A DNA stretch of 64,000 bases, from the NCBI GenBank assembly GCA_045645405.1, contig JAZRIQ010000004.1, forward strand, positions 5,817 to 69,816, written 5' to 3'. The first letter of the stretch is position 1. Every line of letters begins with the position of its first letter. Position numbers and translations under genes: made by a program. This DNA is from Eubacteriales bacterium. Its GTDB lineage: Bacteria; Bacillota; Clostridia; Oscillospirales; CAG-272. Shown here piece after piece: positions 29,267 to 38,483 of the stretch. The notes under the pieces are model-generated. The model had not been told where the DNA came from, made no database searches, and was given only the letters and a program-made list of their open reading frames with translations.

Positions 29267-30033
29267 CTGTTATTTTTATACACTTCAAATGCAAGAATAG
29301 TAGAAGCCGAAGCAGCTGAAAGAGCAGCGTCAAAGTTTCTGCCGTAATCAATTTTAACTATTTGATCCGCTTTCTTTAAAACAGTTGAGGAAATACCTCT
29401 TTTTTCTCCGCCAACAATTAAAAGAATGGGTTTTTTTAAGTCAGCATCATATACGCTAATTGAATTTTTAATATCTGCGCAAACAATTTTATAGCCTAAT
29501 CCTTTAAATATGTCTATAAAATCATCATTTGCAATATAAACTCTCAATTTTTCACTTGCTCCTGCCGACGAGCGACAAACAACGCCAGCCGCAGAAAGCC
29601 AGTTCCTTTCGGAAAGAATTATACCGTCAGCTCCGGATGCGTATATAGAACGTAGAGCATATCCAAAATTATAAGGATCCTCGATACCTTCTATCATAAC
29701 GTAAAAGCCATTTTTTACTATTTTTTCGCAAGAAAGGCTTTCATAAGTTTTTTCTTTGCAAAAAGCTATTATTCCGCCATGAGATGTGCCTACGGCGTAG
29801 GTATCAATTATTTCCTTGTTTGAAATTTCAATTTCAAAATCAAATAGCTCTGCCATCTTTTTTAAGTATCCGATTTCCTTAGCTTTAGATATTAGACGCT
29901 CGCTATCAATTAAAATTTTTTCAATTTTACGCGCGTTAATTTTGTTTTCCTTAAGATTGTCTAAAACAGCACGGATAGAAGTCATTCCTTCAAAAACAGT
30001 AGAACTTTGAAATCTTGTCTCTTCTTTAATCAT
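29260..30033 (-). CDS. TrmH/SpoU-family RNA 2'-O-methyltransferase (RlmB-like)
   Basis: SpoU motifs IEDPYNFGYALRS, LLIVGGEKRGIS, LSAASASTILAFE. The start is either the ATG at 30033 or the TTG at 30042. Confidence 0.8.
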   Translation of the reverse strand: MIKEETRFQSSTVFEGMTSIRAVLDNLKENKINARKIEKILIDSERLISKAKEIGYLKKMAELFDFEIEISNKEIIDTYAVGTSHGGIIAFCKEKTYESLSCEKIVKNGFYVMIEGIEDPYNFGYALRSIYASGADGIILSERNWLSAAGVVCRSSAGASEKLRVYIANDDFIDIFKGLGYKIVCADIKNSISVYDADLKKPILLIVGGEKRGISSTVLKKADQIVKIDYGRNFDAALSAASASTILAFEVYKNNRK

Positions 30034-30370
30034 TGCTTTCAATTATTCCGTCATCTTCAAGCTCAAAAACAAGCTCGTTATCATCTTTTATTATCTCATT
30101 ATCTTCTACAATATTACTGTTTTTATTTGCAGTAGCAATAATGTCAATGTATTTATGCGATTTGAATTTTGAGTTAATTCTGTAAAGTGCAGATGTTGAA
30201 ATATATGCTCCTAAAAGAGTAGAAAAAGCACTTAAAAATGAAAATTGCTTTTTTCTGCCAAATGCAAAATAAATTGCCGCAAAGACAAGAGCAAAGACCT
30301 CACAAACCATCAATAACTCATATTTGAATTCTTTCAAAATAGTAACTAATTTCTTGAATCTTTCCTTCAT
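30026..30370 (-). CDS. Hypothetical small membrane protein with acidic C-terminal tail
   Basis: GAGGG RBS; two hydrophobic segments; overlaps the downstream methyltransferase start. Confidence 0.5.
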   Translation of the reverse strand: MKERFKKLVTILKEFKYELLMVCEVFALVFAAIYFAFGRKKQFSFLSAFSTLLGAYISTSALYRINSKFKSHKYIDIIATANKNSNIVEDNEIIKDDNELVFELEDDGIIESND

Positions 30371-30381
30371 ATACTAAACCC

Positions 30382-31491
30382 TCATTTGTTCGCATTTTGT
30401 TTTAAATATGCATTTATAAAGCCGTCAATGTCACCATCCATAACAGCTTGTATGTTACCATCCTCATAGCCTGTACGGGTGTCTTTTGCAAGAGTGTATG
30501 GCATAAATACGTAAGAACGAATTTGTGATCCCCATTCAATGTTGTTTTTATTTCCTTGAATGTCCTCAATTTTGTCAAGCTTTTCACGTTCTTTGATTTC
30601 CATAAGCTTGGATTTCAGCATTTTAAGTGCCGTTTCTTTGTTTTGAAGCTGGCTTCGTTCTGTTTGACAGCCAACTACAATACCTGTCGGTAAGTGAACG
30701 ATTCTTATAGCTGAATCAGTTTTGTTAACGTGCTGTCCGCCTGCACCGGAAGAACGATGAGCAGTTATTTCCAAATCCTCGTCACGAAGCTCAATGGAGT
30801 TATCATCATCAAATTCAGGCATTACTTCAACAGAAGCAAATGATGTATGACGGCGTCCGGATGCATCAAATGGAGATACTCTTACAAGTCGATGAACGCC
30901 ATTTTCGCTCTTTAAATATCCGTATGCGTTAATTCCTTCTATCAAAATGGTTGCGCTCTTTAAACCTGCTTCTTCGCCGTCAAGCCAATCAAGTAGCTTT
31001 ACGTTGTATCCGTGCTTTTCACCCCATCTTGTATAAAGTCGATAGAGCATAAGAGCCCAGTCCTGAGCTTCGGTGCCGCCTGCACCTGGATGGAACGAAA
31101 TAATAGCATTGTTTTTGTCATACTCACCTGAAAGAAGAACTTGTATTCTTTGTTTTTCTTCCTCGGCGATTATGGATTTTTGTTCGTCTAAAATTTCATC
31201 GGTTAAGCTTTCGTCGTTTTCCTCTATTGCCATTTCAGCCATTACAATTGCATCTTCAAGCCGGTTTGAAAGAGCTTCATATCCTTCAATCTTAGATTTC
31301 ATTTGCTTGATTTTTTGTAAGATTTTCGTTGAGTTTTCTTGATTAGACCAAAAATCCGGCTCGAAAGTAATTTTTTCCAATTCTTCAGCTTCAATTTTTA
31401 ATTCATTTATTCTTAATGCGTTACCAAGCTCTTTTATATTTTCTCTGAAATTTGTAAGCTCATATTTAGCATTTTCAAGCGCGATTATCAA
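30382..31491 (-). CDS. prfB: Peptide chain release factor 2, contiguous ORF with no programmed frameshift
   Basis: SPF tripeptide (RVSPFD), GGQ motif (SGAGGQHVNKTDSA). TTG start at 31491, 7 nt after GGAGGA. The track's N-terminal extension MFFYFF... lies upstream of the RBS. Confidence 0.93.
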   Translation of the reverse strand: MIIALENAKYELTNFRENIKELGNALRINELKIEAEELEKITFEPDFWSNQENSTKILQKIKQMKSKIEGYEALSNRLEDAIVMAEMAIEENDESLTDEILDEQKSIIAEEEKQRIQVLLSGEYDKNNAIISFHPGAGGTEAQDWALMLYRLYTRWGEKHGYNVKLLDWLDGEEAGLKSATILIEGINAYGYLKSENGVHRLVRVSPFDASGRRHTSFASVEVMPEFDDDNSIELRDEDLEITAHRSSGAGGQHVNKTDSAIRIVHLPTGIVVGCQTERSQLQNKETALKMLKSKLMEIKEREKLDKIEDIQGNKNNIEWGSQIRSYVFMPYTLAKDTRTGYEDGNIQAVMDGDIDGFINAYLKQNANK

Positions 31492-31649
31492 GTTTTTATC
31501 CTCCGTAAAAATATGTGCGTAATCTTTCCATAATAGTATATCATAAAAAAAGTAAAAAAACAAATATTTTTTGGCAAAATATGAAATATATTGATTTAGT
31601 TAGATAAATATGATAAAATATCTTTAAATATAATGAATCGGAGAATGAA

Positions 31650-31910
31650 ATGAGACTTGTTCTTGATAGAATAGAGAAAATTGAAAACGGTAAACGAGTA
31701 GCTGTTTTTGAATGCGAAAATACGATGCTGAGTATTTGTGAGGAGAATATGCCTCCAAAATTTATAGACGATTTAAAAAGCGGAATGATTTTAGAGTCCG
31801 AGGTTGAAAATAATACGTTAATTTCACCTGTTATTCTTTATGAGGAAACTGAAAATAAACAAAAAGAAATTAAAAAAAGATTAAATAATCTTTTCAACAG
31901 AAAGAAGTAA
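31650..31910 (+). CDS. DUF3006-like small protein
   Basis: MRLVLDRIEKIENGKRVAVFE N-terminus resembles DUF3006. Confidence 0.55.
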   Translation: MRLVLDRIEKIENGKRVAVFECENTMLSICEENMPPKFIDDLKSGMILESEVENNTLISPVILYEETENKQKEIKKRLNNLFNRKK

Positions 31911-31916
31911 TTAACG

Positions 31917-32324
31917 ATGAAGCGAAGAAATAGAAATATTAACGCCTTAAGCGTGACGATAATAGTATTAACAGTAGTTGCAATTATGTTAAGTGCATTT
32001 TATGTGATTTACAATTATTTTGACCTTTTTAACGGTGAAATATACCATACAGAGGAACATACCGTTGAATTTGTCATAAAAAATGATACGAATATTAACT
32101 TTGATACAGATAAAAGACTGTATTTTCACAGCTCAAGAGAAACGTTCGGTTACATAAAAAACGTTGTTTATAACGAAAATAACGAAATGATAGTTTCTGT
32201 TCAAGTTAATGGCTTTTTTAAGGATAACACTTTTTTCTTGAATGGAAAAGTGAAAATTGAACCTGGAAAAGAAATGATTATTATGAATAACCGAATTCCA
32301 ATTCAAATAATATCTGTCAATTGA
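31917..32324 (+). CDS. Hypothetical N-terminally anchored protein
   Basis: Basic N-terminus and a single TM, followed by a beta-rich domain. Confidence 0.5.
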   Translation: MKRRNRNINALSVTIIVLTVVAIMLSAFYVIYNYFDLFNGEIYHTEEHTVEFVIKNDTNINFDTDKRLYFHSSRETFGYIKNVVYNENNEMIVSVQVNGFFKDNTFFLNGKVKIEPGKEMIIMNNRIPIQIISVN

Positions 32325-32388
32325 CAAAAAATAGGCTGACATACTTTCGCTAATTATTAAAATTAGCTTTTGTGTCAGCCTATTTTTA
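32325..32388. terminator. Long bidirectional hairpin terminator
   Basis: AATAGGCTGACA ... TGTCAGCCTATT outer stem flanked by A/T runs, between convergent genes. Confidence 0.65.
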
Positions 32389-33099
32389 TTATAATTCTGC
32401 TTGATTAGTTAACTGTCTTGTACAGATAATGTCAAGATTTGCATTTCTTACTCTTATTTCGTCGATAAATTTCTTTTCGTCTTTAACGTCTTTAAGATGA
32501 ATATCGTATGTAAGCTGAAAAATTGTTCCTAAATTTTTCAGTTTAACTCTAACAAGAGTACAGCTTGTAGTGTATTTTTCAAATAAATCATCGAAAATAT
32601 CGGTATAATCAAGCTCTTCAGGAATAGATACTTTTAAGGATCTGCGTTTTGGACTTGATTCACCAAATTTCGTAATAGCGAAAATGATTAACATAGCCTC
32701 GATAATTACTATAAGGAAAACACCAATATAAATGTAACCTAAACCGGTTGTTAAGCCTGCTGCCATTGCCAAGAATATTTGAGAGATTTCTTTAGCAGAG
32801 CCTTGCGCTGAACGGAATCTTGTTAAAGCAAATACGCCGCCAACTGCAACGGCTGCACCAATGCTTCCGCTTACCAGCATAATGAGTACACAAACAATTG
32901 GTGGTAAGATTGCTATTGTAATTACAAGAGTTTTTGAAAACTGATTTTTAAACATATACGAAAAAGCAGCAATCAAGCCAAGTGCTATCGCAACGCCAAC
33001 GCAGGCGAAGAACATCCACGGCTTTATAGTCGTAACCCAATCTCCTGCAATAGGGTCAAAATCTTTAATGAAAATACTTTTTACTATCCAATCTAACAT
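32389..33099 (-). CDS. DUF4956-domain membrane protein
   Basis: Four to five TM segments plus a soluble C-terminal domain. Overlaps the upstream VTC-domain gene by 7 nt. Confidence 0.7.
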   Translation of the reverse strand: MLDWIVKSIFIKDFDPIAGDWVTTIKPWMFFACVGVAIALGLIAAFSYMFKNQFSKTLVITIAILPPIVCVLIMLVSGSIGAAVAVGGVFALTRFRSAQGSAKEISQIFLAMAAGLTTGLGYIYIGVFLIVIIEAMLIIFAITKFGESSPKRRSLKVSIPEELDYTDIFDDLFEKYTTSCTLVRVKLKNLGTIFQLTYDIHLKDVKDEKKFIDEIRVRNANLDIICTRQLTNQAEL

Positions 33100-33905
33100 T
33101 TTATTGCTCCTTCTGTTGAATAATCTTGTTTAATATTTGTTGTGTTATCAGCACTTAAGCTTTGTTGAAATATAAGTCTCGGATTTCCTGTTGAAATGAT
33201 GCTTGCTCCTGTTTTTTTAGCTAACATAGTTTTATATGCTGTTCCAACCTTGGAAAAGGACGTAGAATAAACCTTCAATTTTGATAATAATTGAACTAAC
33301 CAAAGAGGGGCCATTTTAGGAACCTTTATTTCCATAATAACGTAATCGTCAGGAAGCAACTGTTCACCGTATGAACCTAATCTTAAATCAAGATCATAAT
33401 CTCTCCAAGTGATATTTCTGTCAAAAGTAACTCTAATATCGCTCGTCTCTTTGTAAAAGAAAGCAGAGCGATCATAGGAAATATAAAATTGAGGACAAAT
33501 ACCTTTGTACAAATCAATGAAATAATTAATTTCCTTTGTTATTTGTGTCTCGTTTTCTATTTTAAAATTTCCTGCCACGTAATCAATAGCTTCCTTATAA
33601 GGCATATGTATACGTCTTTTATAAACGATTTTGTTGAATTTTCGTTTAACCTCAACAAAAGCCGTTGTGGAATCGTTAGGCACTCCGTATGTGCGAAGTC
33701 TTAACTTTTCTTTGAAAATGGGCTTATCAACGGAACGTCGAACAAGAATAAATTCAGGTGTGTCGTAATAAATGTTGCAAATCTTCGTCTCACCGTATTT
33801 ATCAGGCTCGAAATATTTATCGACTTCTTCCTTGATTATTAGGAATTGCTCTGGATTTAATAAAAACTTTTTTTCATATCTTTTAAAAGTTGCACCAAAA
33901 GCCAC
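33093..33905 (-). CDS. VTC-domain (polyphosphate-polymerase-like, triphosphate tunnel) protein
   Basis: GTG start after AGGGGGG. KRYEKKFLL, KEKLRLRTYG, FVEVKRK and IMEIKV strands are typical of a CYTH/VTC4-like tunnel. Confidence 0.75.
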   Translation of the reverse strand: MAFGATFKRYEKKFLLNPEQFLIIKEEVDKYFEPDKYGETKICNIYYDTPEFILVRRSVDKPIFKEKLRLRTYGVPNDSTTAFVEVKRKFNKIVYKRRIHMPYKEAIDYVAGNFKIENETQITKEINYFIDLYKGICPQFYISYDRSAFFYKETSDIRVTFDRNITWRDYDLDLRLGSYGEQLLPDDYVIMEIKVPKMAPLWLVQLLSKLKVYSTSFSKVGTAYKTMLAKKTGASIISTGNPRLIFQQSLSADNTTNIKQDYSTEGAIKC

Positions 33906-34036
33906 AGTAATCCCCCCTTTTTCACGATAGTATTATATTATCACAATTTGATAATTTTGTCAATGATATTATATAAATTATACATAAATTAAAAAAAAAT
34001 TTACGAAATACGATAATAATTCACAAATGAATAACT

Positions 34037-34062
34037 TTAAAAAGCTGGGAAACCCAGCTTTT
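34037..34062. terminator. Hairpin terminator for the small minus-strand ORF
   Basis: AGCTGGG/CCCAGCT stem with flanking A/T runs. Confidence 0.6.
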
Positions 34063-34238
34063 TACTTAAAATGCAGCATATTCGTTACGTTGTCAGTTAC
34101 AGTTTCTGTGGTGTTTCTTACCTTTTTGCTTGCTTTTTTATTATTCGCTACAATAACTGTTGCAGCTGCGCCTAACATGAGACCTACTGCCATTCCTTTA
34201 AGCATATTTCCGCTGGATTTTTTATCACGATTTCCCAT
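34062..34238 (-). CDS. YtxH-like small protein (58 aa), below the ORF-track size cutoff
   Basis: Reverse translation gives MGNRDKKSSGNMLKGMAVGLMLGAAATVIVANNKKASKKVRNTTETVTDNVTNMLHFK. GGAG lies 8 nt upstream and a terminator is immediately downstream. Confidence 0.55.
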   Translation of the reverse strand: MGNRDKKSSGNMLKGMAVGLMLGAAATVIVANNKKASKKVRNTTETVTDNVTNMLHFK

Positions 34239-34369
34239 AATTTACACTCCTTGTAATTTTTATTTTATTGTTTGCGAAAATTGTTTAAATAATACAACTT
34301 TTCAAAAAAATTTTTGGAGTAATTTTTCTAACTGTGTTAAAAATATAGTTGCAAAGGTAAGGTGAAAAT

Positions 34370-35146
34370 GTGAAAAAAATTTATTTGAGTGCTTTTTCAA
34401 TACTTTTAATTATAGTTTTTTCTATGAACGTCAATGCATCAATTATGTCATGGTACTGTAAACGAAACAATAGTCATTTACAACCTGAATTAGGATATGA
34501 TTTAAAAATTTGCGAAAACTATGACGTTTATTGGCGTGATAAGAACCATACGTCTATGAATGATGAAGATAAGGTAATATATTTAACTTTTGATGCAGGT
34601 TACGAAAACGGAAACGTAGAAAAAATCCTTAGCGTATTAAAAAGCGAAAATGTAAAGGCGGCGTTTTTTATTTTGGACAATATGATCAACAAAAATGAAG
34701 CGTTGGTAAAAAAGATGATTGATGATGGACATACTGTGGCCAATCATACCTTAAAGCATAAGGATATGAGCAAAATTACCAACATCGAGGATTTTGAAAA
34801 TGAGCTAACCTCATTGGAATGTCTATTTGAAAAAACTTATGGATTAAAAATGTCTAAGTATTATAGACCTCCGGAAGGAAAATTTTCTGAAAACAATCTT
34901 AAATGGGCACAGGATTTAGGATACAAAACGGTCATGTGGTCCTTCGCTTATGCAGATTGGGATAATTCAAACCAACCCACAAGAGAAAATGCTTTAAATA
35001 AAATTCTTAATAATATTCACAACGGTGAGGTAATGCTGCTTCATCCCACATCTTCTACAAATGCAGAAATTATGCAAGAACTTATTGTAAAGCTGAAAAA
35101 TCAAGGCTTTAGATTTGGTGATTTGGATGAACTTTGTGCATTTTAA
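34370..35146 (+). CDS. pdaA: Delta-lactam-biosynthetic de-N-acetylase-like polysaccharide deacetylase
   Basis: GTG start. YLTFDAGYENG, GHTVANHTLKH, YYRPPEGKFS and WSFAYADW motifs are typical of PdaA. Confidence 0.75.
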   Translation: MKKIYLSAFSILLIIVFSMNVNASIMSWYCKRNNSHLQPELGYDLKICENYDVYWRDKNHTSMNDEDKVIYLTFDAGYENGNVEKILSVLKSENVKAAFFILDNMINKNEALVKKMIDDGHTVANHTLKHKDMSKITNIEDFENELTSLECLFEKTYGLKMSKYYRPPEGKFSENNLKWAQDLGYKTVMWSFAYADWDNSNQPTRENALNKILNNIHNGEVMLLHPTSSTNAEIMQELIVKLKNQGFRFGDLDELCAF

Positions 35147-35813
35147 AATTACTTTTGTAACAGTTCTTTTAGCATTATGTGTTCTTTTAACTTCATTTGA
35201 CTATGAAAACAAGACAGTTTACAGTTCAAACGCAAAAAACAACAATAAAATTGCATTAACTTTTGATGATGGACCTCATCCCAAAATTACACCAAAAATT
35301 TTGGATGTTTTAGATGAATTTGGAATAAAAGCAACTTTTTTTGTAATAGGTGTTAATATCGATAATTATCCTGCACCGTTGATTAGAGCGGTAAAAGAAG
35401 GTCATGAAATCGGAAACCATACCAATTCACACAGCATATTAAAATCTATGAACAAGAGTTATATACGCGAGGAAATAGAGGCGTGTAAAGAAAAGGTTTA
35501 TGATTTAACAGGTTATAACGTTAATCTTATCAGACCGCCTTGCGGTATGTATGATGATAAAATGATAGACATAGCAAGGAGTAACGGAGATAAAATAATT
35601 CTTTGGAATATTGATACGAATGATTGGGCACATTTTTCAACTCAACGCATTGTTGAAACTGTAAAAAACAGCGTTAAAGGTGGAGATATAATTTTATTTC
35701 ATGATTATGTTTCCGGAGAAAATTATACTGTTGAAGCGTTAAAAATAATTATTCCCTTGTTAATGAAGGAAGGATATGAATTTGTAACTGTCAATCAACT
35801 TCTTTATAACTGA
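35127..35813 (+). CDS. Polysaccharide deacetylase (NodB-domain) family protein
   Basis: LTFDDGPHP, GHEIGNHTNSH and IRPPCG motifs. N-terminal TM anchor. Overlaps the pdaA 3' end by 20 nt. Confidence 0.8.
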   Translation: MNFVHFKITFVTVLLALCVLLTSFDYENKTVYSSNAKNNNKIALTFDDGPHPKITPKILDVLDEFGIKATFFVIGVNIDNYPAPLIRAVKEGHEIGNHTNSHSILKSMNKSYIREEIEACKEKVYDLTGYNVNLIRPPCGMYDDKMIDIARSNGDKIILWNIDTNDWAHFSTQRIVETVKNSVKGGDIILFHDYVSGENYTVEALKIIIPLLMKEGYEFVTVNQLLYN

Positions 35814-35853
35814 AAATCACACACTATCTAATCAGATAGTGTGTGATTTTTTG
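35814..35853. terminator. Bidirectional terminator
   Basis: 17-bp stem AAAATCACACACTATCT/AGATAGTGTGTGATTTT. Confidence 0.8.
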
Positions 35854-35867
35854 CTGTTCTAAGAAAT

Positions 35868-36902
35868 TTATGTTTCTTCGGTTTTAGCATCGGTGTAGTC
35901 TGTATCATCTGTGTTTTGATCGTAAGATATTTCATCATCTTCGTAATCAATTTTATAAATTATCCTATTACGGTCTTTTTCGTCAACCATATATTTCAAA
36001 ATAACAGGATAGGCAGCGTATACTCCTATAAAGTCGCATATTGCAACTGTTATAATAAACGGTAAAAGAGCGCCAACAGGCATAAAAATCAAGAAAATTC
36101 CGTAATTTATCAAAACAACGGCAATAATTCCTAAAAGAGAGAATACGTTGCGTTTTATACCTAAAATTACAAAAAATACTGAATTTTTGATTATTTGTTT
36201 AATCTTTATGTTAAATGTGAAAATCATTATATACGCATACGGTCTTATGAAAGAGTAAACTATGCACATCGCTAATGTAAAGAAAAACATCAAACTGTTC
36301 ATTCTGTTTAAGCCGTATCCGTTGGATAAATATGCAATGTTGTAAATAAATGTTGCAATAAATAAACCGTCAATAATTCCTAAAACAATGGCTTGCTTGA
36401 AATTCTTCTTAATTACATAAAAGAAATCGGAAAGAGGGAATACTGCTTCCCCACTCATAATATTTCGAAAGATATACGTTGTTCCAACCTTGGATAATCC
36501 CAAAGTAAACAAGATAAGTGCACCTAATATGAAAAAAACAATAGTAGCGGTATTTATTACCGTGGTTTCGGTGTGTATGCCAAATACACTCGCCAAAAGA
36601 GAAGAGTTTGTGCCGTTTTCAAATTTTGAAGCACCGTAAATGGCTCCCCATGAATGGTATAGTGGAGCGGAAGCGCGTTCACTAAGCATTCCTGAAAGTC
36701 CAATCAAAAAGAAAAATATTGGGAAATTACTAAAAACAAATAACAAGTTTGCGCTAAGAACTTTACCAAGCTTTTTCCAAAGTACTTTAAAAAAGTTTAC
36801 AAAATTAGGATTTTCAAGTACGTTAATATCTAATTTATCGTTATCTTTTCCTGCGCCCTTAAAATACCAATCAAAAAGATTGAATTTTTTCTTTTCGTTC
36901 AT
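35868..36902 (-). CDS. YesL/DUF624-like membrane protein with acidic C-terminal tail
   Basis: The N-terminus FNLFDWYFKG...FFKVLWKKLGKVLSANLLFV resembles DUF624; multiple TM segments. Confidence 0.55.
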   Translation of the reverse strand: MNEKKKFNLFDWYFKGAGKDNDKLDINVLENPNFVNFFKVLWKKLGKVLSANLLFVFSNFPIFFFLIGLSGMLSERASAPLYHSWGAIYGASKFENGTNSSLLASVFGIHTETTVINTATIVFFILGALILFTLGLSKVGTTYIFRNIMSGEAVFPLSDFFYVIKKNFKQAIVLGIIDGLFIATFIYNIAYLSNGYGLNRMNSLMFFFTLAMCIVYSFIRPYAYIMIFTFNIKIKQIIKNSVFFVILGIKRNVFSLLGIIAVVLINYGIFLIFMPVGALLPFIITVAICDFIGVYAAYPVILKYMVDEKDRNRIIYKIDYEDDEISYDQNTDDTDYTDAKTEET

Positions 36903-36914
36903 TACGTATCACCT

Positions 36915-37718
36915 TTAGTTTAATTTTGATAATTCTTCAGCTCTGTCTTTGCAGGCTTTCATAGCTTTGTATATTGTTTCGCAAAAATTATTTTCGTCAA
37001 ATGAATTAAGTGCCTTTTCAGTTGTTCCGTTTGGCGAAGTCACCATTTTTATAAGCTCTTCAATATCCTTTTCACTTTCTAAAATCATATTTGCAGACCC
37101 TATTAAGGTGTTGCAAAACATTTTTACGGAGTCATCATTGTTAAATCCAAGCTTTTTAGATGCATCAACAGCGGCTTTGACAAACAAATAAACGTAAGCA
37201 GGGGCACTACCTGTTAAGGCGGTTACGTTATCTATGTCCGTTTCTTCAACAGCTACTGCAAAACCAGAGGAAGAGAAGAAATTTTTCACAATATTGAATT
37301 CTTCTGTGCTTAATAATTCATTTTTACAAATTCCGGTGGTACCTTGACCGATCAGTAGAGGTGTGTTGGGCATTGCTCTTGCAATCTTAACCTTGCCAAG
37401 AGTTTTTTCAATCGATGCTATAGTGATTCCCGCACAAATTGAAATGAAAACTTTATTTTCTAAATTACCGCAAGATTTAATTTCCTCTAAAACGTCTTTT
37501 ATATTTTGCGGTTTAACAGATAAAAACACATAATTTGATAAATCTACAGCATTCGAAAGAGATGATGCCTTTACGCACTTTTTATCAAATTTTTCGTACT
37601 GAATTTCATTTTTGTCAAAAAGAATTATATCATCAGCAGTGGCAAAGCCGGAGGATAATATACCGCCTGCAATAGCTGATGCCATATTACCTGCACCAAG
37701 AAAACTAATTTTTTTCAT
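36915..37718 (-). CDS. proC: Pyrroline-5-carboxylate reductase
   Basis: The Met at 37718 after AAGGAG gives MKKISFLGAGNMASAI; C-terminal SPNGTTEKAL motif. Confidence 0.9.
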   Translation of the reverse strand: MKKISFLGAGNMASAIAGGILSSGFATADDIILFDKNEIQYEKFDKKCVKASSLSNAVDLSNYVFLSVKPQNIKDVLEEIKSCGNLENKVFISICAGITIASIEKTLGKVKIARAMPNTPLLIGQGTTGICKNELLSTEEFNIVKNFFSSSGFAVAVEETDIDNVTALTGSAPAYVYLFVKAAVDASKKLGFNNDDSVKMFCNTLIGSANMILESEKDIEELIKMVTSPNGTTEKALNSFDENNFCETIYKAMKACKDRAEELSKLN

Positions 37719-37803
37719 AGTAAATCTCCTTAATTGTTTAATGTATTGTAGCATAAAAAATAGATTATATCAATAGTTTCAAAAACAAATTTATCAAATA
37801 TTG

Positions 37804-37832
37804 TTGACTATTTCGAGAAAATATTTTATAAT
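37804..37832 (+). promoter_or_regulatory. Sigma-A-type promoter
   Basis: TTGACT, 17-nt spacer, TATAAT, about 40 nt upstream of the GNAT gene start. Confidence 0.5.
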
Positions 37833-37871
37833 CACAGTATGATATATAAGCGCAAAGCTGTGGAGAATACA

Positions 37872-38456
37872 ATGAAATTCAACTTTATTTCAAGTCTTTT
37901 TGCAAATATGCCCAGATTGGAATCGGAAAGATTGTTTTTTAGATCAATTAAGCGTTCTGATTTAAACGATATATATGAATATTCGTCTAATCCAAGCACG
38001 TCACAGTATTTGTTGTGGCGTCCGCACGCCGATGTTGATGAAACAAAAGAATTTATCAATATAGTTCTTTCAAAATATAAATCCGGTGATTATAACGACT
38101 GGGCAATTGTCTATAAGGAAACGGGAAAAATGATAGGAACCTGTGGCTTTACAAAAATAGACGAGGAAAATAGAGTTGCTGAAATCGGATATGTTTTGAA
38201 CCCACGTTATTGGGGAAGAGGTATTGCAACTGAAGCAGTAAAAAAAGTTTTAGAATTTGCTTTTGATGTTATGAATTTTAATAGGGTTGAGGCAAAATTT
38301 ATGTTTGGAAATGATGCCAGTCTTAAGGTTATGAAAAAGGTTGGTATGACTTTTGAAGGATATCAACGTGAGGCGATATTTAATAAGGGACAGTATAGAA
38401 CGATAGGAATTGCTTCCATCTTAAGAAGAGAATATAAATTTAATAATCAAATTTAA
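37872..38456 (+). CDS. GNAT family N-acetyltransferase (RimJ/RimL-like)
   Basis: The ATG at 37872 after GGAG. LFFRSI..DYNDWAIV..IGY.L.PRYWGRGIATEA motifs. Confidence 0.85.
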   Translation: MKFNFISSLFANMPRLESERLFFRSIKRSDLNDIYEYSSNPSTSQYLLWRPHADVDETKEFINIVLSKYKSGDYNDWAIVYKETGKMIGTCGFTKIDEENRVAEIGYVLNPRYWGRGIATEAVKKVLEFAFDVMNFNRVEAKFMFGNDASLKVMKKVGMTFEGYQREAIFNKGQYRTIGIASILRREYKFNNQI

Positions 38457-38483
38457 AATTCGAGCTTGCTCGAATTTTTTGAT
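38457..38483 (+). terminator. Rho-independent terminator
   Basis: AAAATTCGAGC/GCTCGAATTTT hairpin followed by a T-run. Confidence 0.75.

Noticed and set aside
31492-31563. N-terminal extension MFFYFFYDILLWKDYAHIFTEDKN on RF2, and the possibility of a hidden frameshift ORF0
   Set aside because: The extension starts at a TTG with no RBS and contains the real GGAGGA RBS. No CTTTGA-type shift site or short upstream ORF is present, so RF2 is read as a simple TTG-initiated ORF.
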